Source of the DNA: the human T2T-CHM13v2.0 reference genome, Homo sapiens
Length of the DNA stretch: 64,000 bases
Assembly (NCBI RefSeq): GCF_009914755.1
Contig: NC_060930.1
Reading direction: 5' to 3' (one strand)
Below the pieces are notes generated by a model. The model was not told the origin of the DNA. It saw only the letters and a program-made list of their open reading frames with translations, and did no database searches. Every line of letters begins with the position of its first letter. Within the stretch, counting starts at the first letter, position 1. Shown here one piece after another: positions 44,468 to 57,112 of the stretch. The position numbers and the translations under genes were made by a program.

Positions 44468-46279
44468 CACAGCATGTTGATTAAAGGAGAGAGATGGCCG
44501 AGCCTGGTCTCGTGATTGCTCTGGCCGTGGCACCTTGTACTTGGTGGATGCACAGTGTCTGGCACCCATGGGAATTAAGGGTAAATAAATTAAATGACAC
44601 ATCCAAATTGAGGGGACCAGACTGTAACTTGGGACATTGCAGCTCTGCTGGCTCAACTGCTGAGTAGAAGCTCTTGTTGGCTGTGCTAAATGTTAGATTT
44701 TTTCAAATTGCTAGACCTCTGCCCCAAACTGTTAATTTCCACGAGAAATGTGATGAGAAAGACAAAAGGGTATATTAACCAGATACAAATAGATAACTCT
44801 TGACTTGAATTTATAATTGATTTGCAGTCATATTGGCCAGAGGCTTTTTCTGGAGCGAGTCTGAACATCTGTACTGTGCAATGCTGAGTTCAGGGTGGGC
44901 AGGAAGCAAGTGCTTATTACTCTCTGATAAGGACAAAGAACCCCTAAAACATGTTGCACTGTATATGTCCTGATGAGGCTCTTCCAGGTGGGAAGCCAGA
45001 TTTTCGCCTGGGAGGGGCAGGATATACTTACTCCCTTTAGCAGCTGGTGCTCAGGATGTGGGCAGAATATAAGGGGGCTATGTATAGGCATTTGGCACCC
45101 AGGACAGGATGCCTGTTTCAAACAGCTTTGTAAATAAGCATTCGGATTTTACCAGCCTCCACTCTTTTTAAAGCCAGTCTTCTATTCTTCCAGAATGTAC
45201 TTTTATCTCATGTCTCTTCTATAAAGAGCACTAAGGGCACCCTCCTTTTACGGGGATACAGGTCCTGGTGAAATTGGAGGCTCCCAGAGCTGGGGATGGC
45301 AGCTGTGGACACTGTCCAGCTCGGATTCTCCTGTGCTCCGTCATGTCCAGGACAGTGTTGGCACATTGCTGGTGGCTGCAGGGACTCTGTATGCACAGAT
45401 GCATTCCACCTGGGGGAAACTTGGGCAGTAGAACACCGCTGAGATTTCCTGTCTTGGCGGATCTCAGGAACTGTCCACAGCTGCCTTCTCTTCTCAGATC
45501 CCCAGGGCCAGCCTCAGTGGGAGCTGGTTCCTTTGGGCCATCCTATCCAAGCCTGTGCCTCAGAGAAAATCCGGTGGCACCCAAAGTTTCCTTGAAGTTA
45601 AGGGGCTCTAGGGGGCCTAAGGGAGCCTCACTGATTCAAAGCTAAGCCTTTATCCTGGAGTGAGCAGGGTTCTGACAGGAAGGGGTCAGTATTCTCTTAC
45701 CAGGTACACGTTGCCCCCTTTCTCATGCTTACCTGAAACGAATCTCTTCTTCCCTAAGTGAATGAGTACCTCCTTGTCTCTTTTATAAGAAGCGAACAGT
45801 GGTTCGGGGAGTTTTCAGTGTTTAAGTTCCAAAATCTTTGAAGAGATTGACTCAGATGACTCAGGATTCACTTGGCACCCGCTTTTGACATCAGCCATGC
45901 TATATTTTCACTAGCATCCATCTGGCATCTTGGGCTCCAAAGCTCCTTATGCCCTTGCCACAGCTGAGTTCTTGGTGGGACTCAAGGTCTTGTTCATCTT
46001 TGTATCCCTAGTACTTAGAACATGCCTGATGTACAGCAGGGGCTGTGAAATCCCCATCATCAGTGAATGTGCATGTGGATCATATGTCCTATTTCCTGTA
46101 CTTGATGTAACTCTTTGGAAATACCAAGTCTTCTTATTTACAAGGTAAAGGCAGCACTAATGCAAATTTGATTCTGTAACCTAGGTAATGCACTTTTACA
46201 TTGTATGGCTTCTGTGACATGACTCTTTTTTGACGGCCTTATACTTCTTTTTAAATTCTCTATGAAAAGAAAGGTACCT

Positions 46280-47250
46280 CTCTTGAGAATCACCCCCTCC
46301 TGTACCCTTATGCACTGATGTTTCCATGGTTCTCTCCTCGGTCCTCTTGATGTCATCCACCCCCTTGGCTTCACTGCTATGGAGTGATAGTCTGATGACT
46401 TCCAAATCCATGTCTCTGTGAAGGCCTTTCTGGGCTTTGGACTCTGGACTCCCCGACCACTGAAAATCTCCCACTGCATGGCCCACATGTGTCTCAGACT
46501 CAGCATTGCAGAAGCTAAGCTTGTTATCCCCACTTCTCCCCTTGCCGCATTCCCCATCTACCCAGTCACCTAGGACATAGAAACCAGGCGTCTCCCTCGA
46601 TGCCTCTCTTTTCTGTATCTTCTTATATTTAATAAGTGACAAAGAGGGGACCCGTAGAATCTACCTCCTCAAATGCTCAACCATCCCTTTTTTCTGTTGC
46701 TCTCTTCTGTGATCTTCTGGTCCTTACACCTTGTACCTGTGATGTCACTGTGACTTTCTTGTCCTCCATCCATCCGTCCATCGAGGACACTCTTCCATCT
46801 CTGCCCCACTCTGTGCAGCCACACTTGGCAAGTTCCCTGATGGTGCCCGGCTCCTCCTAGCATTGGCCTTTACTCAGGACACTTCCAGTCCTGGAATCCC
46901 CTCTCCCCGCTGCCCACCCCGCCTTGTCATCTTCAGCTTGAAAGTCAAATAAATATTCCTTCGACATAAAGGCTTTGCTCAAGTGTCTGCTCTCCTTTGA
47001 AGTGTTTTAAGGGCCCAGGGAGAATTAACTTGCTTCCTGAGTGTCCCCACTCAGCAGCCTGTGGGCTTTCCTCATATCATCTGTGACCCTTGGTTGCACT
47101 CATCTCTCTGCCTCCCCCTCCCTCACCAACTGCCTCTCCCCAGATTAGAAGCAGCCCGCGAGAGCATTTCACTCCTTTTTGCATCCCCAGCTCCTAGCAC
47201 CGTGCCTGGAAAACAGCTGCTACTCAAGAAGTATGTGTTGAGCGCATGAA
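46280..47250 (+). mobile_element. L2 fragment(s)
   Basis: pyrimidine-rich body ending gcatccccagctcctagcaccgtgcctgg...ctcaagaagtatgtgttga. Confidence 0.6.
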
Positions 47251-48182
47251 CGGGGAGATACACTTAGGCTGGATACAGTAGGATTGAGGGCTGCTGTTCT
47301 TTTGTGACTTACCTAGATTGGTCTCCCTTAAGCCAAGGTATACACATCAGAGAAAGGAGGCAGTCTTAAAGGACAGCAGTGGGTCACTTGTGGTTGAGGG
47401 TCTCATCTTACTTCCCGTGCAGTTAGCTTGTTGGTGAGGGGACTGCCTCTGTGTTGTGGCATTAGGGGACTAGAGGAGGCAGGCCCAAGTCTGCTTGCTT
47501 GTCATGGCTACTCAAAATTTCCCCAGGGACCCTTCATGCCTTTCGGGTCAGCACTGCCTTCCCTAGGCTAAGTTAACTCTGCAACCAACAACAGTGAGGT
47601 ATGACCGAGATTATCTGTCTGGTCCTTACCTGGATGAGATTAGGGTGTCGGAAGAGGTAATGGAAGAAAAAAATTGGAGCTGCAGAATTCTGTAGATCAT
47701 TATATGTTTTCCGGAGGCCTTCCCCTATCTTAGAAGTGAGTGCCTGTGTAGTGGTTGGTAATATCAGCATGAACCAGCTACTGGCATTCTTGTCTCCCAG
47801 CTGTCCCAACCTCCAGGGGTTCCCCTAGCTTCTAAAGGTTCTCCAGAAACCATCTTCCCTGCCCCCATCATGCTGGGCAGTTTCTTTGTTTGCAAGTCTA
47901 TCCAAGCCTCTTGGGCCTAGATCAGCTCAGATTGATTTCTTGTTGTACCTAACTGGGATCAGAAACCATCTGGTTTCACCTAGTTGAGGGGACATTCTAT
48001 CAAATACAAGAATTACAATGAAAACTTGTGTTATGTTTTGATAGAGGCTGGTCTTTCTGTCTCTATTGGAGAAGAGTGCTGAGGATGGGATGTGTGCTTC
48101 CAGTTGTAGGCTGGAAAACTATGTGTTCTACTTATTTCATATTATTTAAATTTTTTAATGTTTTAATTTTTAATTTACTTAA

Positions 48183-48569
<387 letters not shown>

Positions 48570-49136
48570 CATATTATTTCTTAGCCTTTACTCTGGAAGT
48601 TAATAAGGGTTTACTGATCCTCTTGGGACTTTCAAGTTAGGATGAAATTGTGGTTGATGCCAGCACAAGAAACATGCTTGTAAATGAGCAAGTTGTAGAT
48701 TGGAATAAGTATAATATTCCATCATTGGTTTCCAAGATTCCCTGGTAATTTTGCCTTCACTTAGCCAAAAACAGGGAAATACCAACAAAGTTGTTGCTGT
48801 TTGATTGTAGGTCCAAATAAATTAGTTAAGACCAGAGCTTAGGGGAGCATAGTTCACACAACAACGAGAAGAGTGACAAGGTATTTAGGTCATTATTTTG
48901 ATTGGTCTCTTTCGACCAAAACAGGCAGATGTTGCCTTTTCAATTAGCAAGACCCTAGATCTGTTTCAGAAGCCCATCTGTATGCGTAATTGTAACCTCA
49001 GTGTCATTCAGGACTGCTCTGTACTGCCTCCTAGGTTGTTTTCTTCTTTCCTTTCTCCATGTGAGCCTTTAAACCGGGTGTTATTATTCTCTGCAAATGG
49101 CCAAACTCATATATGTTTTTGTCATTTTTTATGCAG

Positions 49137-49240
49137 ATTTCAGCAACGTCCCTGATATCACAACAGGTCTGAAAAGGAGTCAGACAGATGGCACTCTGGA
49201 TCAGGTTTCCCACAGGGAGAAAATGGAGCAGACATTCAGG
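49137..49240 (+). CDS. TIAM2: TIAM2 coding exon (PDZ-DH linker), (D)FSNVPDITTGLKRSQTDGTLDQVSHREKMEQTFR
   Basis: ttttttatgcag|AT acceptor, AGG|gtaaga donor, 104 nt phase 1-0; continues the frame after a 27.7-kb intron. Confidence 0.93.
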
Positions 49241-49639
49241 GTAAGATACTGGCCCAAATCGCAAACCAAGAACCAGGCAGGCGAGTGTTAGTTCCCACCT
49301 TTACCTAAGGTGGGGAAAGGAGATGGAGTTACCTATCTCTAGGTCCAGCAGTTGATACAAACATACATATATATGTTAAGGATACAGCTTCCTTATTTAT
49401 GTATTTTTTTGAAGTGAAGTACTACTAATCGGAACCATTTGCTCTAGCCAGAACTCCTCCATGACTTCTGGTATGCCATCAAAGAGCAGTGCACACTCTG
49501 CTGTTCATATATTGTGCTGGCTTTGCTTAGCAATTTTGACAAGGAAAACCTTGTCAAAAGGTGTTAATTACTAATCTCTTTCTTTCTTACTTTTTTTTTT
49601 TTGGCTGAAGATAAATTATTTTTGGAATGTTGTCATTTT

Positions 49640-50310
49640 GTGTGATAAAACGTATATAACATAAAATATGCCTTTTTTACTATTTTCAAGTGTATGCCTC
49701 TCTGTGGCATTAAGTATATTCACATTGGTTTGCAACCACCACCACCATCTAGAACTTTTTCATCATTCCAGACAGAAACTCTGTACCCCTTAAACAATAA
49801 CTCTCTATTTCCCCTGCTTTCAACTCCCTCATAACTTCTATTCCACTTTCTGTCTCATTTGCCAATTTCTAGGTGCCCCATATATTGGTGGAATCACAAT
49901 ATTTGTCCTTTTGTTTCTGGCTTATTTCACTTAACATATGTCTTCTGGGTTAATCCAGGTTGTGGCATGTGTCAGACTTTCATTCTTTTTTATGGCTGAG
50001 TAATATTCCATTATACGGATACACCACATTTTGTTTATTCATTCATCTGTTGATAGACACTTGGATTATTGCTGCTGTTGTGGATAATGCTGGAGTGAAT
50101 GTTGGTGTAAGAGTTATCTGCGTGAATCCTTGTTTTCAGGCCAAGGAGTGGAATTGCCAGGTCATGTGGTGATTCTCTGTTTAGCTTTTTGAGGAACAGC
50201 CCATGGTCTCCCACAATGCTGCACTATTTGACATTCCCAGCGGCAATGCAGGAGGCTTCTACTTCATCCACATCCTTGGCAGCATTTGTTACATTCCATT
50301 CCTTTCCTGC
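49640..50310 (-). mobile_element. Old L1 (L1MB-like) 3' end
   Basis: aacataaaat...ttgcaaccaccaccacc...tttatggctgagtaatattccatt. Confidence 0.8.
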
Positions 50311-50531
50311 ATTTTTAACTGTTTGTTGTCAGCTACCCTTTCAGAAATGGTCTGATTGACATAATCTGTGTTAATATCCAGTCCAGTTTTAATCGATTTT
50401 GAAATTATAAGTCTTCTGTATTTGTTTTTGTCTTAAATACAAAATAAGAATGGAAGAAATAGAAGCAATGATAGGCATTTAAATGAAAGTTATAAAGTGG
50501 AACGATGGCTCGGTTGGGTTTAGACTAACAC

Positions 50532-52220
50532 TATCACAAGATTCTTGGGGTATCACTTCACCAGCCGGAAACCTCTGTGGCCAAGGGTGCTTTTGCCCAA
50601 GTTTTGCTCGGGCCCACTAGGCCCACTCGGCCCACTCGACCTGGCAGGCTGTGCTCAACTTGCACTACTGGCCTGCATCCCATGCCTGCCAAGAGTGAGC
50701 AGAGTGGTGAGGGGTGTGTCAGTGAGCGCAGTGGTGAAGGGTGTGTCAGTGAGCACGTGTGGGGTCTGGCCACCACACACAGGCAGGAATGCTGGCTGTG
50801 GTGGGGCAGGCAGCAGCTGCAGGCTCTAGCACGGGCGCCGGTTCCCTGTGAAGCTACGGCTGGATCACACATATTACAAGCAGTTTCCATGGCCTGCATC
50901 AGTACCTGGAAGCTTGGAGATGCCAGGAACCGCTGAGCCCCAAAGAGGGTGGCATAGCCCTGGTTCTGGGAACTCCTAGGTCTGGGCTCCCTGAAGGGCT
51001 GCAGCTCTTCTCTCCTCCTCTTTTCTCTCCTTGTCACCTGTAATGTGGCGAGCAAGGGGCGTGTTTTGGCCCTGTTTGTGTTGTAGCTCTTTCAGCCCTG
51101 CCGTTAGGCAGGTCCCGAATTCTTGTCCCATGACCAGGAAGAAGGAGGTATGCGGGCAAGGGGAGGGTGAGCAAGGTGAAGAGGAGCTTTATTGAGCTGT
51201 AGAACAGCTCAGAGGAAACCCACAGTGGGTAGCTTCTCTCTGCAGGCTGGTTGTCCCATAGAGTGTTCACCTCTCAGCAGAGAGCAGACCCTGGAGTGGG
51301 TAGCTCCTCTCCACAGCTGGTAGTACTAATGTCTGCTTAGCTTTAAGCAGAGAGGAGACCCTGGAGTAGCTCCTCTCCTCAGCTGGTTGTCTCATTGTCT
51401 CTTTGAGTCTGGCTGAGTCCAGGGCTCAGAGGGGTGGAAATGTGCACTGATTGGTCCATAGTGGCCATGAGCAGACCCAGAAAAAGCTCCATAAGTTCCC
51501 ACTCTGGTCTGTGGGACTGGCAGCCCAGCCCCCAGACTTCAGGCCTTCCCCGGCTTGAAAGTGGGGCTTTTCTGGGGACCCACTCCTTTCCACCCAGGAG
51601 CCTGTCTGCGTCCTGCCACTCTTCCTGGTGCCCAGGCTGTTTGTGCCAAAGGGTGCCTGCAGGCCAGGGCCGAGCTGCCCTCAGTCCCCTCCTTGGCCTG
51701 CCTCCCATGCTCATTGGTGCCCAAAGTACAGCAGGGGGCTGGCATGTCAGCGCTGCCCTGAACGTGTCCACACATGGCTGGGTTGCAGCAGTGCCTGGGC
51801 TTGGACTCAACTTTGCTCCAAGAGCAGAGCGGGCACCAGGAGTAGGGAGAAACCAGGCAGTGGGAGCAGGCTACTTTCGAGCCTGTGGGGGCAATGGGTC
51901 CTTCCTAGGCCCCTGAGAGTGCAGAGATGTCTGGGTCCACAGTCGCGGCTACGTGGCTGCAGCAGTACCCGGGAGGGCGGGGCTCCTTCCTGCTCCTGGC
52001 CCCCAAGAACACAGGGATGTCTGGGTCAGAAGCCACGGCTGGGCAGTCACAGCTGTGCCCGAGGAGCACGAGGCTCCCGCCCTGCCACTTCAGGATTGGG
52101 TGGGGCTTCCACATTCTCAGCTCCTGCTGGCTCCATGGAACGCACAGCGCTGGCCGTGCCTCCCCCGGTGCAGCCGGCATCATCGCAGTGACTGTTCCAG
52201 ATGGGCCACCGCTGCCATCA
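50532..52220 (-). mobile_element. MER52-family (ERV1) solo LTR, about 1.7 kb, GC-rich
   Basis: minus strand starts TGATGGCAGCGGTGGCCCATCTGG; other end ccagccggaaacctctgtggcc; minus-strand CCAAT (51447-51454) and AATAAA (51188-51193). Confidence 0.85.
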
Positions 52221-52734
52221 AGACCACCAGGAGCCAGGCACATGGCACATCCTTTGGAGGAACCATGTGGCATACCTTTTGGGGGTTGGTGACATCCCCT
52301 GTGTGTGAGGGACCAGGTTAGAGCCTGCCAGCTTCAGAACGGATGCTTCTGGTTCCGAAGCAGCTGGTTTGATGAAGCAGCTATGGGCTCTCAGCCTCCC
52401 CTCTCTTCTCCCTTTCACTTCCTCACTACCTGCTCTCTTCTCCCGTTTTCCATGCACCTTCTTCCAAATTTCTCCTCCCTCTCCTCCTCATTCCTCATGC
52501 AAAGCAAATGCTCAGCTGCCTTCGCTGGCCTGGTTATGTCCCAGGATGCAAGTTATTTTACAAAACTGAAATTCATCAGCATTTTTAGTCCTTCTACTTT
52601 GTTCTATCTCTAGTGGGTTATTTAATTTTGGGAACCCAATATCATATCTAATGTTCATTAGCTTTTTAATGAAGCAGTGGATCCTAGAGCATCAAATAGA
52701 TGTGTTTTGATAGCCTTGTCTTAAATTATTTTTA

Positions 52735-52873
52735 AATCTTATTTTAATAATACAATAGATATGGGGTCTCACTATGTTGCTGAGGCTGGTCTCAAACTCC
52801 TGGGCTCAAGAGATCCTACTGCCCCGGCCTCCTGAAGTACTGGAATTACAGGTGTGAGTCACTGTGCCTGGCC
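52735..52873 (-). mobile_element. FLAM/Alu monomer
   Basis: single-arm Alu motifs. Confidence 0.8.
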
Positions 52874-53714
52874 TGACTTAAAATTTTTTAGAAAATCAAA
52901 TCCTCCTGAAACACTGATAGAGCAAGGCCATGTATTTAAAAGTTAAGTGTGCCTGTGGGGGCCCTGGCACAGGATGGTAGCTTGGGGGACTCTCACTTAA
53001 CACCGTGAGGGATAACGACTTCTCGTCTCTTATGATCTGCTTGAGTTACACATCAGAGCTCTTAAGAAGGAAATTGAATTTTTTCCCAAAGTTTATCTTA
53101 AGATTCAGCAAAATAGATATGCAAAAAGTTAGCACGTTAAGGCCATTGCCAACTCTGTTATTTAACAATGCCTATGGTAACTAAGCAAAACATTTACAAA
53201 GTGAACATTGGAGCATCAGAAATTTAGAAGAGGAGAGAAAGCTGCAATCAGGTTGAAATTGGGGCCGTCTGAGCTTCAATTTTCATTGTTAAAAGTGGAG
53301 AAAGGAGAAAGCAAATAATAACATCAACGAACACAGAAGAAAAAATTTTATTGAAAGAATATGAGCATGTTAAGCATTTGCTGTAAAATCCCTCTCAAGT
53401 CTAACGTAGTTATCACCTTACCTTTTTAAGATATGAAGATTTCCATGTATAATGATAGATTTCAGTGCATTTTTTAAAATCTTTGGTAAATACCTAGCAG
53501 TTACTCAGTTTCCCTGTTCTTTGTTTCTTGGGAAAGAAGAATCAGTGGCCACCAAAAGTAAAAACTGTGGTGGACATTAGTGAAAAGAAAAAGAAAATTT
53601 CAAATTTAAGGATCACATTTTTTTTTCTGTTCCGTGGTTTTTTTAAAAAAAAATTTTAAATTTTTTTTTTTTTTTGGAAACATCGTGTTATATCTAAAGC
53701 AATCCTCTTCTGGA

Positions 53715-54039
53715 TTTTTTTTTTATTGTTTTAAATTTTGTTTTATTTTATTTTTTTGAGACAAGTTCTCACCCTGTTGTGCAGCCTGGAGTGCAGTGGT
53801 GTGATCTCGACTCACTGCTGCCTTGACCTCCTGGGCTCAAATGATCCTCCCACCTCAGCCTCCTAAGTAGCTGGGACCACAGGTGCCTGCCACCATGCCC
53901 GGATAATTTTGTTTATTTTTTGTAGAGACTAGGTCTCACTGTGTTGCCCAGTCTGGTCTCAAACTCCTGGGCTGGAGCAATACTCCCGCCTCAGCCTCCC
54001 AATGTGCTGGGATTACAGGTGTGAGTCACCGTACCCAGT
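53715..54039 (-). mobile_element. Alu (J-like)
   Basis: TSD tcctcttct. Confidence 0.9.
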
Positions 54040-54119
54040 CCTCTTCTATTTTTGAAGTGGTGATGTGGGAGGTGTCTGGTGAATGCCTAGTGTGTGCTGG
54101 GAGTGGATTTTTTGGGACT

Positions 54120-54136
54120 CCCCCCGCCCCACCCCC
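54120..54136. promoter_or_regulatory. GC box/CACCC box (Sp1/KLF) upstream of the putative internal promoter
   Basis: CCCCCCGCCCCACCCCC about 0.8 kb upstream of the putative TIAM2S first exon. Confidence 0.45.
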
Positions 54137-54899
54137 TGTGCCATGTCCTCAGAAGGTGGTCTCTTCTCAGGGAGAAGATCTGCCTCTGTTTTCTGGGCTT
54201 CCTGCCCTAGCCCAACTGGTCTTCTCAGGGGTCATTAACTTCTTTTCAGATTAGACCCTGGTTGAACCTGGGCTGTTGGGGATATTTTACTAACAACTAT
54301 TCTAGACATTAGAATAAAGAATAATTTCCCTTGAAAATCAAATGAAGCCTGGTTTGATGAAGCACAGCTGTACCCAGGGCTTTTGACAGCCCCGCAATTT
54401 CTGCAAATGATTCCTAATTGATTGGCTTCTTCTCTGTAAGGGTGCCTATTACTGTCATAGCTCTTTGTGTGACCCTGTCAGCCTCTCCTGTAGGGGGGGA
54501 TTTTTTTCCCCAGTATTGTTAGCAATTAGCATGTGCTATTGTAATAGTTTGGAGTTTGAAAGAAATATACAATGTCCCTTTGGGTGAGGAGGTTGAAAGA
54601 GTTTTTGGTTTGTTCTGGGAACTTAAGGTATATTAAGCAGTCCCCACAGACATGCTGCCTGCACTCCACCTGCTGAGCTGGCTCTGAGGCTCAGGAGACG
54701 TGGCCCTCTGTGGTCCCATTGTCTCCACGTCTGTGGTAACCCGGTGCCTTTCTAGAGCAGGCAGGCTCCCGGCATGGGTGGAAACAGAGCAGGGGGCCAG
54801 CTTCCCCCAATCACCGGTGCTGCTGTGGAGGAAGAGCTTGGTGGCGCTAGGACGTCCTTGTGAATGTGACTTGGAAGAGCAGTTTGGGATTTTTTTCAT

Positions 54900-55022
54900 T
54901 GCCTGGGGATGAGAGGGAGAGACAACGTGTGTCTTACACATCTCCCAACAGCCGACTTAGATGTGATCCGTTCTCCCAGAGGGAGCAGGTTTCTTTGAAC
55001 TTTTCCTTTTTATGTACAGCAT
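54900..55022 (+). other. TIAM2: Probable non-coding first exon of short isoform TIAM2S (5' end approximate)
   Basis: CAT|gtaagt donor at 55022/55023 in unique sequence of the intron before the DH exons; matches my recollection of the TIAM2S 5' UTR; the TSS cannot be fixed from sequence. Confidence 0.55.
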
Positions 55023-56324
55023 GTAAGTAAACAAGGGCTTTGATTTTCATGGGTAAAGATTTTGATCCAAATGTAGGCATGCTTGCACGGTTTCCTTTTC
55101 TTGATTGAAAGTTGATTTTGCTCTAAAAATGTCTAAAGACTGATATGCAGATGAGAAGAGATGCCTTTCTCCCCAGAAGGGATTCTGACAGTGATCTTTA
55201 CATGCTTTTTACAGCTAAGGATAAGAGAACTTCTTTTGGATACCCGTTCTGTGGCGCTGTCACTGTTCCTTTCTCATTCCAAAATCTTTAACTTCATCTC
55301 CGAAATAGTTCTTTCTTTTTGAAATATAAAGATATCAGAAAGGCCTAGGCAAATATTTACTCTACAAAATATGCTTGAAAAGACAGGGAGGAATAATTTG
55401 AATATAGCAATTAATTGTATGCTTGTAAAATTTCCTTGGAGTATAGCACATATTAATACTTATATTGGGTTTAATACTGTAAAAGAAAATTCACAAACAT
55501 GAAACCCATTTTCTACAAGGTAAGCAGAGTTTTTAATTTAGTTATTCTTGATGAAATAATTTTTCGGCTTTGTGGAAGAATTTTATGTAATCACCTAGTG
55601 TCGCTTTGGCAGGGATTATTTTTGCCGTTTGTAGGCGTTGTGTTGATAGAACAGAGAGCATTGAGAATCTGGAGATACACAGCGTGACAACTGTGTGTTG
55701 TGCTCTTTGCAATTTAATCTTGTTTAAGATATAATTGATATATTTTGTCCTGTTTATTTTTTCTAGGCAGAAAAAAAAGAACGTGCACTAGTGGCTATGG
55801 TTTTTAGTGTACAGCGTGAACAAAACTTGCATTTAGTATTTAATTTCTGCTCACCCACTTGGCTTAACCTTTTGAGTTTTTTTTTGTCACATGAATTGCT
55901 TTTAAGAGCTTGCCTATCTAAGAAGCTGAAGGAAAAGAAAAAATTATTGGACCACATGATTTGCTTTCCAGCATTCTTGGAGTTTTCGTCTTCCTTTGGT
56001 GTATACTTGCCTGCATTATTGCAAGATCTTTTTGGTTATGTTTTTGTTAGGCAGTCAAGCTAAAAGATAACTTATTTATAAACCGTAGTCTTTCTCCATG
56101 GTTGCTATTCAATAGATGAATAGAATCATGATCCTTTTCTTAAAACCAAACATGCCTATTTCTAAATGCAAGTTATGTGACTAAATTCCTATTTTAATGC
56201 ACGGAGAGATGGCCTCCTCAAGGCAAACGCTTTGTCCCTGAAAAATGGTTTGGGGTGTGGCAGTCTCCAGCAGGAAGACAATAATCTGTCACAAAGACCT
56301 AATTCCAGGTAGCCCTTTCTTGGA

Positions 56325-56530
56325 GGCAGTGGTATGTTGGAAAGAACTCGACCTGATGCTTAAACCTGAATTTGTATTCCCATCCACCATGCCTTATCAT
56401 TATGTGACCTGGGGCAAGTTACCCAACCTTTGTAAGCCTGTGTGTCCTCCTCTATGAATAAACATAACACCACCACCAACCCAGTGTTGTCAAAGGAATC
56501 ACGTGAGATTATGTCCAACTAGGAGCACTG
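56325..56530 (+). mobile_element. MIR
   Basis: core tatgtgacctggggcaagttacccaacct. Confidence 0.65.
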
Positions 56531-56722
56531 GAAGCAGGGGAGAGAGGATTAGGCTGTAAGCTGCCCCTTCCTGGTGCGTCTCCCATGTATACGTGTGTGT
56601 GTGAAGGTTTTCCCTGTTGCTCACCTAATGGCCTCTTGAGCTGAGATTCGATGTCAGGTAGGAAACTGAACAAATAGATGAGCACCTCAATAAAATGCTG
56701 TTGAAAGTAAGACGTGCATGCT

Positions 56723-57112
56723 TTGACCATCTCAGCTGCCCACCCGTGTTCTTGACCATCTCAGCCATCCACCCGTGTTCTCGACCATCTCAGCCGCCCA
56801 CCCGTGTTCTTGACCATCTCAGCCGCCCACCCGTGTTCTTGACCATCTCAGCCGTGTTCTTGACCATCTCAGCCGCCCACCCGTGTTCTTGACCATCTCA
56901 GCCGCCCACCCGTGTTCTTGACCATCTCAGCCGTGTTCTTGACCATCTCAGCCGCCCACCCGTGTTCTTGACCATCTCAGCCGCCCACCCGTGTTCTTGA
57001 CCATCTCAGCCGCCCACCCGTGTTCTTGACCATCTCAGCCGTCCACCCGTGTTCTTGACCATCTCAGCCGCCCACCCGTGTTCTTGACCATCTCAGCTGC
57101 CCACCTATATTC
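56723..57112 (+). repeat. Minisatellite/VNTR, 14 units (12 x 29 bp, 2 x 21 bp), consensus TTGACCATCTCAGCCGCCCACCCGTGTTC
   Basis: Units counted directly; 390 bp total. Confidence 0.97.

Noticed and set aside
50545-52321. Dense overlapping long ORFs (up to 187 aa) on both strands
   Set aside because: They lie mostly within the GC-rich MER52 LTR, where stops are rare; no gag/pol/env or other recognisable motifs
56723-57112. CRISPR-like array of 29-bp repeats
   Set aside because: Units are directly adjacent with no unique spacers, and the context is a primate intron with no cas genes; it is a minisatellite
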